Source: Rhina ancylostomus
Taxonomy: Eukaryota
Length of the DNA: 59,889 nucleotides
Assembly (NCBI GenBank): GCA_030265395.1
Contig: JARFYF010000001.1
Coordinates: forward strand, 55,459,544 to 55,519,432
Reading direction: 5' to 3'
Positions 49,188 to 59,889 of the stretch are shown in pieces. The position numbers and the translations under genes are program-made. Each line of letters begins with the position of its first letter. Position 1 is the stretch's first letter. Below the pieces are notes generated by a model, which had not been told where the DNA came from, ran no database searches, and worked only from the letters and a program-made list of their open reading frames with translations.

Positions 49188-50109
49188 GTAGGAAATTTTG
49201 CTCAGTACAGCAAAGTTGGCAGGGTTGAAATGCATAATATACTCTATATGAATAGAAAATGTAAAATTGTTTTATATAATCGAGGTCAGCACATCAATGA
49301 TTTCTTTTCAACAAATTTACAAAAGTGCTTCATCTGTGACTTGTTATCTGAGATTTGAAGAATGGAAATCTGATTCCTATTTATGATGTGATGGTTATCA
49401 ACTATGAAAGTTTTTTTTCCTTCTGCTGCTTTAATACAATACTAGTCTTGATCAAAAAATTTTTGTGAGTAATGTTCAAATCTAGCACTGCAAGGAAACT
49501 CCTGAAACCTGCATTTCCAGACTCCTCTGGGTCACTAAGCTAAGCACGTGTGAAAATTCCTGCTGGGACGTGGCGTAAAACTCAGTACTGTGCTGATTTT
49601 GCTCCACTTCCATTATTTACTCCTAATAAAGTTCAGAGGCCTTTGGTGGCTTATAGTGTTTATTGTTGTCACAGCAAAGATGTACATTTTCTTTCAGTTC
49701 TGTCAGTATCAGCAAATCCAGGAAAAAGGTACTTGGATGAATTGTTTTGGTGTACAGTCATCAACCTGAAACGTTCCCTCTTNNNNNNNNNNCTTCCCCC
49801 CCCCCCCCCCTCTCTCAATGGATGCTGCCTGATCTGCTGAGTATTTTGAGCATTTTTAGCATTTAGAATTGTACAACTAATAGGTCTCTCCTCAGATAAT
49901 AAGTTCTATAGGAGCAGGTGGAAATGACTAACAGGAAAGAGCCTCCTGACATAATGATTGGATGTTTAATGTCCGAATCTTGCATGTCCCGTTTATTTGT
50001 GATATCAATTGTATCGCAATACAGATAGTCTGTACACTGCAGGAGCATGTAATCTTATAGGAGATGTGAAAACTCAAGACAGTTAGAGGAAAGAACTAAG
50101 AAGTAACTC

Positions 50110-51040
50110 ATAGAAATCATAGACCTCTCCATAAACTATAAGCAATTAAAACCTTGCCTGGCATATCACATAAATCATCATCTTATGTGTCTGGATACCT
50201 GCCTCTTTTTAAGGGTGATCTCTGTCCCAGACAGAAAAGGTCCAGTTCACTTGTGAAATGCAGTGAATTGGCAGTATCTGCACAAGCTGGTATTATCCTC
50301 CACAGGTCCATTCCTTTTAGGGAAAGGTACACTTAACATCCTCACTTAATTCGTTTTTTCCCTGGTTGAATATCACATGACCAGAACTGAGCAGTGTATT
50401 CTAGCTGAAGCTTAATCAAGACCATGAACAGAGGCAAATTGTTAACCCTTATGGCGAATTGTCCTGTAAATATATTCTCAGTAACGTGATATGTTAAATT
50501 AGTCCAATTTCTTTCTTTCACCATTACATTTAGTTCTGTTCCTTATTTGGGTGCAAGTACATAGCATCAGTCTGTTTTGGTGCTTAGCATACATTTTCCT
50601 AAGTAAGTTTTGCCGGGCACTAGCCTAATCTTCCACCACATATGGACCTGCATGCAATTGCAATATTCATAAACTTTACTGTCTTAGCATTTGTATATGC
50701 TTGCTATCACTCACAACCTACTGGATCACCCCCCCACCCCCACTCCCAAATTGCTATAACTTAGTAAAATTGGTTAAAAATAACAGCACTGCATCTAGTC
50801 AAGCAAGCCACCACCGATGACCATTTTCCAAAAGAAGTTAGATCAGTTGGGTATAGTTTACTGCCAGTGGCCATTCTCCCAATTCTGAATCCAGCACATT
50901 AGCAAACCACAAGTTCCACAAGACTCTGATTTGTGGAGAAGCCTCATCACATACCTTATTGAAAGCTTTCCAGAAATCCAGGTAGGTCATGGCTGCCTGT
51001 ATCCACACATGTGACTGCTTCAAAAGAACTAAAAATCAAT
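50110..51040 (-). mobile_element. Old CR1 fragments
   Basis: LIKLQLEYTAQFWS and TYLDFWKAFNKV on the minus strand. Confidence 0.65.
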
Positions 51041-51584
51041 CAAATTTATAACAATACAAATTCAGGTAGGGAGCTGGATGGTGAATGATCCAAAGTCCTA
51101 AAGAACTGCATCTCAGCTGCCTTGTAAGTGTGTCGCCATGCGACCAATTGCTGTCCATTGCAGAAAAATACAAATCAATCCCAGTGACATCTTGTGCAAG
51201 CAGTCCTTCTCTACATCCCCCAGTGTAAAGAGAATTGCAGCATCCAAGCATACACCCTTCCCTTTCCCAACATCACTCAGGATCTCTGCTGAAGACCCAT
51301 TGAACCCTCACTGAATAATAATCCAGTCCTTAAGAAGTGTTGCACTCGAGTTCTGTCTTTCTCCTGCTTCCGAGAAGTATTTTATCTAGCAATGCAGAAC
51401 CGCTACTGAAGAATTGCCTCACACATATCCCCATGCACTTCCAGTCCATGGGATCCCCTCTCCCAAATTGGCTGTATTTTTCCTGGAATAATGGTTTCTT
51501 ATTCAATTCTGTATCAGAGAGATTCCCTTTGTTCTACCCATATCTCCCTCATCTTCTCTGCTACTGAAAACTAATTTTCTTCTC

Positions 51585-51690
51585 TCTCTCAGTTCTGAAG
51601 AAGGGTGCCAAACCTAAAGCATTAACTGTTTCTCTTTCCACAGATGCTGCCTGACCTGCTGAGTGTTTGCAGCATGTTCTGGATTTATTA
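51585..51690 (+). repeat. Single Penelope pLTR-type arm with hammerhead-like core. Related arms at about 11445-11485, 12305-12405, 28140-28235, 49760-49855 and 52436-52530.
   Basis: cagttCTGAAGAagggtgccaaacctAAAgcattaactg followed by ccacagatgctgcctgacctgctgagt. Confidence 0.65.
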
Positions 51691-52965
51691 TCTTCTTCCT
51701 TAGCCATTTTATCCTCTTCCTCATCTTCCTCTTCCTTCCCCTCTTCCATTTTCTAGCTTCCCCTCTCGTAGAATTGTACAACACAGAAACAATGGCTCTT
51801 TGGCCCACTGTGTCCATGCCAACCATCAAACTAATCCTGAATTCGTACCAAATCTCTCCTGTTCTCTTTTCTCAGTTGTCGGGTTTTGCAGGAGAATGGA
51901 ACTGCAGGTCTCGCAACTGACCTGGGTGGAGGTGTCCCTCCTGAAACAATCAGTCACTTTGGTCCCTATGGCAGGAACTGTTTAATTTGCCGCTGGCTTT
52001 CAGCCCCCACACCCATTTCTGGAGAGGGGTATTATCCCACTCTGTCCAGCTAAATTTCCAGGGCACTGTTGCACTGTCCACACCCTCCCACTCTTTTATC
52101 CATTCCTCCACTCACCTTCTACCTTTCTTCTTCCTTTGCCAACCCAAATCTCCTCGCCTCTCCTCACTTAATCTCCCATTAGCCTTTGTCCAATTAACCA
52201 CCAATCTCTAGNNNNNNNNNNNNNNNNNNNNNNNNNNNNNNNNNNNNNNNNNNNNNNNNNNNNNNNNNNNNNNNNNNNNNNNNNNNNNNNNNNNNNNNNN
52301 NNNNNNNNNNNTTAACCACCAATCTCTAACCCCCCCCCCCCCACTTGACATGAATACTTGCTCTTGACCAACTATATATGAGCACTAAAATCAAGCTGTG
52401 CATATTTTTGCTAAAAATATCACAGACAGTGGACATCTGAAGCAAAATGCTGGAAGTACTTGGCAGGTCAGGCAGCACATGTGGAGAGGGGAGAAACAGA
52501 ATTAACATTTCAGATCAAACACTTCACATTGAAGCTGTAAATGGTGTTTTATTTTCTCTCTGTATTTTAAGTTTACTCTGCTCTTTTTATTTATTAGTTT
52601 CTTGAAGCTGTAATTACTTTAGTTCTTGTATTCTCTTCTCCTCCCTTCTTTGCTGTTTCCCGAGTCAGTGCTGGGAATCATGGATTCTCTGCCTCCCGAG
52701 CTTTTGTATTGGAGGGATGAAAGTTGAGCCTAAAGAAAATGCTGAGTTGTCATGGTCACTTGGTGTTGAAGACTGGTTACACAAAGAAGAGTGTTTTATC
52801 TGGCAGTGTTTAGTTTGTCAGGGGACTTCCATTGACCCAAAGTATTTGAAACACTTTGTGAAGGAAGGATTTTGCATTAAATAATGATTTTTTTTTTCAG
52901 TTTAAGTTGGAACAAATGCAAATTGTCAATTGACTGCATTAATTCCTGGATTTATTCTGTTTCAG

Positions 52966-53292
52966 GAACAGAGCAACAGGATGGTTTCAGTGAGCAACAT
53001 GATGTAACGCAGCTTACTGATCTTGATGGCACTCTGGGGTCCCCATCAAAGGCATCTGTTGCTCCCGACTTGAAATCTGTTTATATTCACGATTCGCATA
53101 GTGAAATTGATAGCTTCACTCCAAATCATGAAAGTAAAACCATGTCTAAAAAGCATCATTCAAATTCTGCACATCATTCTCATGGTCACTGCCATTCTAA
53201 TAAAGAGATGCAAAATGCCGGCATAGCAAATATCGCTTGGATGGTTATCATGGGAGATGGCATGCATAACTTCAGCGATGGGCTTGCCATAG
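52966..53292 (+). CDS. slc39a10: ZIP10 coding exon 6 (cytosolic His loop and TM4)
   Basis: Acceptor ttctgtttcag, then (G)TEQQDGFSE...HHSHGHCHSNKEMQNAGIANIAWMVIMGDGMHNFSDGLAI. Donor TAG|gtaagg; 327 nt, phase 1 to 1. Confidence 0.97.
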
Positions 53293-54352
53293 GTAAGGAA
53301 AACATATCAGCTCCCGTTACCCAAAATCATTGCTTCTTCAGGGTCCTAAAAGTAAACAACTGTAAACAAAATCTGGTGCTAATATTGGGAAGAGTATCAA
53401 TTATGTTGTAGTAATGTACAACATTTCCTGATACTGTGAGACTTTTAACACATCGCTTAATATTCAAACTTTGATAGCATTGCAGATTTGAGTTGTACTT
53501 CAAAAAAATTTTTGTTTAAAATGTCCGCTATGCGATTCTGCTCCTGTCACTATGCAAATGAGAGGATGGACATTATGATTTGCAAATATCTAATCAACAA
53601 CACCGTCCATGCATTATAGGCTTGACCTTCTGGTATTCAGAATTAGACTTCTTGTTTGGCTCAGTTTAGAATTACAGAAGTTCTTCAGTAAGAGCATGTC
53701 AATCTGATTGTTCACAATTGAAATAAACTTTATTTAAAAGCCTTGCATTAATTCCCAAAGTGACTAGAACTAACACATTTTCTCCAAAATTCATACAAGA
53801 TGTGTTCACTTTAAGAAGAAATTTTGGAGAATTTCAGAATTTTCAAGTATTTCTTGTATACTCTGAATAAACTAAAAATGGCCATATTAAAACCCAGCCA
53901 GAATCTTTATGCTCCAATATTGAAGATTCATGGACTGTCTGACGTACTGCATTTTGTAAAATGGGTTAGCACTAGTGAGGAATACATGATGTCAATGTTC
54001 TTTATACTTACAGCTAAAATTTAATTATCATTGGTTGCACATTCTGAATAATCACCTTCATTCTGACAGTAATCTTATATCTTGCCAGTAAATGCAGCAC
54101 GTGCTTCAACTGTGCTGCAAATTTTGCATTAAAACTAAATAAAAAGGGCATTTTGCATTGTGCTTTTCACAATGTCCAGATCCCCCTCTGTGCATTGCAC
54201 CTGTTAAAGAATACAAAGTTAGTGATTTTAAAGGTTCAGATGTACAAGATTAGTTTTGTATTTACCTATAATTCTATTGATTCTGAATAATAAATGCATG
54301 ATGCATAACCTATCTGTACGATTTAAAGTGAGTTTTTTTTTCTTCCCTCCAG

Positions 54353-54433
54353 GTGCTGCCTTCAGTGCTTCCGTCACAGGGGGACTGAGTACTTCCATCG
54401 CTGTGTTTTGTCATGAGCTTCCTCATGAGCTGG
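54353..54433 (+). CDS. slc39a10: ZIP10 coding exon 7 (TM5, LIV-1 HEXPHEXGD motif); the gene continues beyond the window
   Basis: Acceptor tttttcttccctccag, then (G)[26 protein letters not shown](G). Donor G|gtattg; 81 nt, phase 1 to 1. No exon starting (G)DFAVLL was found in 54434-59889. Confidence 0.96.
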
Positions 54434-57400
54434 GTATTGTTCTTTACTCTTGTTAGAATAAATTGCCTTGCAATTTCACTGACTTTTAAAAGGGAGAAGA
54501 AATCAATGTTAGCAAAATTTGCCATTATCAATAATGGGAGCAGAAGGAGCAAACATTCCAAATTCAAAGTAATTTAAAAGCTCAGAGTACATAGTTCAAT
54601 TATGTATGGTATATTTTAGGAAGGATATAGGATGTATTAAGCATACATTGTGGATGATGCCACAGATGAAAAATTGATAGAGTTATAATGAGAAAGTGTG
54701 ATCAATTCCACCAGCAAAGAGAAAGCTTGCAATGAAACAAAATAGAGGGTTTTGATAGTCGATAGTGATGGTGCTTGCTGTAGTAGGAAATGAGTAACAA
54801 GCAACAACTTAAATTTTTCACGTGGTGGCTGAGGATAGAGGTTAGGAAAAAATTCTTCTTGCAAAGGTTATAATGTGAAATTCTTTGCCTCGAGTTGTAG
54901 CTAAGGGAGAGTGAATAAGCATTTGTTATAATGAAAGGGGACAGTGTTGGGGTAGTGGATTTAATCTCCAGTTGTGCTAACAAGGAGTAAGCACCAATGC
55001 AGTAAAGTAAATGGGCTCTTTGTGTTGTACCTGTACAATATGTAGCATTGTAGGGAGTTTGCAATGAGATCTGATTTCTCAAATGTGTCAGATAGTAATT
55101 GGATTTAGGAAATTCTATCATTTTTATGCAAGTGCTATCTTCAGAATCCACCCTCAAAAAAAATATTCAAACCAACCTGCCCTCTCTTGCACTTCCAACT
55201 GCACATCACTCACCTCCCACTTGGATCATCATAGGTGAAAGTTGCTTTTGTGGTTTTGGGTGAGCCAGTTGGAAGTTACCAGTCTCATTGTCTGGAGTCT
55301 TTTCATCTTCAACAGTGTAGGAAAATCTAAAGATATATTTCTTAATCAATATTTTGAATGAAATTATTATCTTAATATAGAAGAGATTTTGTCTTCCTGG
55401 TAGTTCTAGGGTTTTAAGATGTTCCTTATTTTTGTACCTCTTGGTCTCTGGATATTCTTTTCTCTGTGCCATCCCTACCATACACTTGATCAGACATGAG
55501 TTAGTTTTGTTCTTCATTTAAAGAATCAAGCCAATTTTGTAATGACTCATGAGCAGTTTGTTATTTTATGGATTATATTTCCTGAGCAAAGGTTCCTGCA
55601 AAATTTCTTCATGAACTCTCTGAACATTATCAAGTGAGCCAACCACATGCATGGAATTCTGATCCTGCAGCTTTTAATTCTATAGTAGTTTTCCATGGCA
55701 TTGCATTTCCATGATCCCAGCATCACTAGGAGCAAGGGATTGGCACACTATGTTATATGTTCTGCACAGCTTGCACCTTGGTTTATCTGCAGAGGTAGGA
55801 TTTGCTGGTCTCCTGTTGTGCCTGTTCTACGTGGTTTTCCTATTGTTTGCACCTTGCTTCCATCGAGTCCACATTCAAAATTTAAAACGGCACAGAGCCA
55901 AACCCACTGCAATCTGACCAAACCAGTGGCTTCCTATCCTGTTCAGCCGAGAGCTTCAAATGCATGTTTATTGATGTATCTTACCATTTCCCACACTGGT
56001 ATGTTCAACTCATCTAACCTAGAAGAAAGTTGTATTGTTCTATCTACCTTTGGTTCTCATTGTCTGGCTGTTCTGTATTGGATACACATATATACATGTC
56101 ACACATATTGTACCAACCTGTTGGTGACCTGTCACCCCTCAATAAGTCTCTTTTGGGAAAACAGTATCATTCTTTTCCTCTTCCACCCTCTATCCAATTT
56201 AAATGGCTTTGAATAGTTTGCCTTCTGGATGCTGGATTCAGGTGTACCATGAACTCCATTTATCCTGAAAACATTACCTGTCCGTTGTGCAATTTCCATA
56301 CCTGATTGGCAGCCGTTTAAGAGGGAAATTTCCATCCTTCACAAATTTCGATACAGAATCTACTTTTGGGATTTGAGGGATGAAAAATGACCAGGGAGAA
56401 TACCCCGCCCTCCTGCGGTTAATGCCAGTGGAATTTTTACTGAAATTTGACAACCCAACAGGTTTACTTAATGTGCTAATGGACGCATCAGTGTCCATTA
56501 AGCATTTGCTCTTGTTGGCCTTGACCGAAGTCCAAGTCTGTGTGAGGTTCAAGCCTCAATCAGCTGATTGCTAATTGTTAACACTGTCAACTTGGGGAAG
56601 CTGACGTTGCTTAAGTGGACTTAAATGCTAACAACACAAAAAGCTAAAGGACAATTCTACTGTCAGCATTTCCCTGGAAAATAAATTCTTTGGCTCGAGT
56701 GCTTGCACATCCCCTTTCAGTAGTTTGGTAGTTATCTCAGCAAAATGCAATTTTTTTGCACTTTCGTTTCCTGCAGTTTCAGTAATGGGAAAGTTCAGTA
56801 TAGCCACAGATTGAGCCCAACATTTGTGTGACTGCTTGTTGTTATATCTGGCCCAGACCCAGGGCTTTTCTCAGAGTTGTCAGTGGTTTGCAAGCTCTGT
56901 CAGCTTGTGTTTCTTATTTATGGTCAGCAAGTATACAGTTACAAGAACGCTGAATATTTCAATAACTTGGCTATGTTAGTAGCAACTGGATGGAACAAAT
57001 TAATTTTATTGTATCTACACAGCTATTGTCTTACCTGAAGAAATTACTCATAAAACAAAGAATCCATGGATACCCTGATTAAAACAGTTTAATCTGTTAC
57101 TTGGATTCTTTTGCCTCTTTTCCGGCAATGTTGCTGTTATTATTGAGGGAAATGACACAACAGAACTTGTAGTTCAGGTGCTGAGGTCACTGTGCCTGCC
57201 CTGTTTCCACTTGGCAGTGGATGTACAAAGGTTTCAAGGTCCTTGCTTAATCTCCACACTACAAATGTAACATTATACTGGAATAGTGCCAGCTCAACAA
57301 AGTATTGATTTTCTTCTCTTGTCATTTTAAAGGTAGTAATATTGCCTTTTTTTTCCAAAAGCTTCTGTAATTATCTCTCAATTCTTCCCCTTGTTGTTGA

Positions 57401-57852
57401 AGTAGTAATATTAGAAAATGCAGTTGTAATATTTCCATCATTTGCTATGGAGAATGCCAAAATATTTGTCATGAATAAAAAATTGAGTGCAGGAGGTGTT
57501 TCCTTTTAAAGCTAGCTTCCTTTCGTTCTATCACTAAGGAACAACTGGAACAAAAGTATTCAGATTCCTTCTCTCCCAGATATGATGTGAAGTCTCGGGA
57601 CTTTCTTGTCAGACCAGTAAAATGAACTGTGAGGATAGAATCACCCTATTTTTCCAAAAGCAGAGATTTGGCTGTTAGTTAAAATACCAGTAGCATTGGG
57701 AAGCTGAAAGATTAGGCACGAGGATTTGCATTACTTAAGTACAGATGTTACAGTGAGAGAGTAATATAGTAGCTCTGTTTGCTTGGACAAGTCTTCTGGG
57801 AGGCAAATCATAAATGATTTTATCATACTAAAAATGCCTTGTTGGCTGTATG

Positions 57853-59227
57853 ATCTGCAGAAACAAAAAGACTGATGCCAATGGTAAAGTGAGGTTAGGG
57901 TAGGAGGGGGAGTTTGTGTGAGAGAACAGAGGCTAAAGAATCTGAAGGGAGAAGACATCTCTGAGTGGGCAGCAGCGACAGTTGTTAGAAGTGGTGGGAC
58001 AAGGCATTAGAAGGAACTTTACAGAAAAAAGATTAAAATAACAGCTTTGAAGGACTTGGAGTCTTGGTAGCTTAGCAGGACAATTTAAATATATAGCTGA
58101 ATCTTACAAAGTGATGTATTGATCCTAAAATAAATATTTTGGTAGCCATATAAATAACTAGCACCTGTGCTATTTCCTGGGCTCCAGAGCTGCTGTTAAA
58201 TGTGTCTGCTATTTGTCTTGTGCTGTACTCTGTAGAATTTATGAATGATAATTTAGTATTTAGTTTGTGTTACTGAAATTAATGTGTTAGAGTTGTATTA
58301 CAGTCCAACCATAATGACGGTTTAAGACAAAGTGCATGCTGGATTTGCTTGATACATTTGAAGTCTCCTGGAACCTGCCAGTTGTTTCACCAAAAAGGCA
58401 GCAAGCATATTATGCTCTGCGGCAATGTTACATAAAGCCTGTGTACACAGAATCCACAGTCCTCGTCATAATTTGTTGATCATGTACCTATTTCAAAATA
58501 GTATTTTGGAATCTGATGTTATATTACCTTACCAGCTATGCAATATCTAGTACAGGTACTAGCTGAAAAGATGTGAAGGGCTGTGTTTACTGCTGCTGCC
58601 ATTCCTTCCATTAGCGTGTATAGAATAATAGGAGTTTAAAGAAAACATACACTTCAAAACTGATTTCTAATCATTCAACCAGGTCAGTTTGCTAGAGATC
58701 TGTAAATGGTACTGCATTACTATTTCTTTGTTGAATGTGTATAAACTCTGTTTTACTGATACAATCTTCAAAGAAAAATTAATTTGGGGTTAATTTTTGG
58801 ATGTTCTCCTTTACCTGTCTTCTTCACTTTGTAAGATTCAGCTATATATTTAAATTGTCCTGCTAAGCTACCAAGACTNNNNNNNNNNNNNNNNNNNNNN
58901 NNNNNNNNNNNNNNNNNNNNNNNNNNNNNNNNNNNNNNNNNNNNNNNNNNNNNNNNNNNNNNNNNNNNNNNNNNNNNNTTCAGCTATATATTTAAATTGT
59001 CCTGCTAAGCTACCAAGACTCCAAGTCCTTCAAAGCTGTTATTTTAATCTTTTTTTCTGTAAAGTTCCTTCTATGCCTTGTCCCACCACTTCTAACAACC
59101 GTCGCTGCTGCCCACTCAGAGATGTCTTCTCCCTTCAGAGTCTTTAGCCTCTGTTCTCTCACACAAACTCCCCCTCCCACCCTAACCTCACTTTACCATT
59201 GGCATCAGTCTTTTTGTTTCTGCAGAT
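57853..59227. repeat. Long inverted repeat: arms 57853-58114 and 58824-59227 (the right arm includes a gap and a 42-bp overlap), spacer 709 bp
   Basis: Direct base comparison shows 262-bp arms differing by 3 substitutions and 2 single-base indels. Confidence 0.92.
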
Positions 59228-59889
59228 TGGTCCAACGATAGGCAATTTTAAACCCAGCGATGTTTCAGCCGGCTTTTGGGAAAGTTTATGTATCAGCCCT
59301 CTATGCATTTATCTTGTACTATGCACCTGCTTTTCCCGTAAGTTGATAGCACATTGGGTCCACCACCACATTTTAACCAGTGCATGGAGTATCACTGTCA
59401 TGGTGTTACGTCATTGCTTTGGAGATAATAGGATAGTTGTAGTCATTAAATTATGATCCAGTATCACGGCATCCCCACAGGAATATGCTACAATGCTCAT
59501 TCAGTGTAGAGGCAGGCCTGGTGAAAAGCTGGTCTTCCTCGCTGTTGATCTAAAACAATGTGACAGGTTTATATTGATATGATGCTGATTGCCGGTGGAC
59601 TTGAGGCCAATTAGTGCAATGAACATTTTAGGCAAAGTTCCAAAAGCCATCGTGTACGAGATGTTGTACTTTGGAAATGGGGATGTTATGCATTTCTATA
59701 TGACACTTCCCATTTTTATCCCACAATCTACATTTCTTTAAAACATGAGAAATTAGTTTCTAGTTTGTCCACTTTACATATGGTGGTGTTTAGATCAATA
59801 GAAGTATCTTTATTCTTGTGAACTTAATTCAGATGAAGAGCACATTGAACTGTAATATGGGAGATGTTAAGATTTCTCTCGCAAAACTT

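Noticed and set aside
51688-51750. Acidic ORF MEEGKEEEDEEEDK
   Set aside because: It is a low-complexity TC-rich tract next to repeat fragments.
59210-59260. Acceptor tttttgtttctgcag as the next ZIP10 exon
   Set aside because: In phase 1 it reads DWSNDRQF then stop, not the expected GDFAVLL.
1-59889. CRISPR array, prokaryotic operon, rRNA or endogenous viral gene
   Set aside because: No regularly spaced repeats, no gene-dense ORFs and no recognisable rRNA or viral motifs. The window is a spliced vertebrate locus.

Overview
This is eukaryotic (vertebrate) genomic DNA, AT-rich and rich in retroelements, from a draft assembly with 13 N-gaps. The repeat content (HE1/V-type tRNA SINEs, CR1/HER1-like, L2, Rex/Babar, Penelope) points to a cartilaginous fish, probably a batoid; this is inference. 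One protein-coding gene is supported: slc39a10 (ZIP10, LIV-1 family zinc transporter) on the + strand. Seven coding exons (34082-54433, about 665 codons) join in frame with GT-AG boundaries. They encode a signal peptide, a His-rich ectodomain, CPALLYQ, TM1-TM4 and the CHELPHELG motif. The last coding exons were not found and should lie beyond the window. A CpG island at about 12.4-12.8 kb, plus a CpG-rich flank right of the gap at 13.84-14.24 kb, is the probable promoter/non-coding first exon region. Almost all other ORFs in the track are TE remnants or chance. I see no unambiguous new biological system. The best leads are: a 262-bp, about 98% identical intronic inverted duplication; short fold-back Penelope-derived insertions with TSDs and decayed hammerhead-ribozyme cores; a SINE family with two alternative LINE tails plus a SINE-LINE chimera; inverted LINE copies around exons 2-3 that could give a circRNA encoding a secreted ZIP10 ectodomain; a near-perfect 48-nt intronic palindrome; and a very decayed pogo/Tigger transposase. 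TE family names come from recognised motifs, not database searches, and TE boundaries are approximate.
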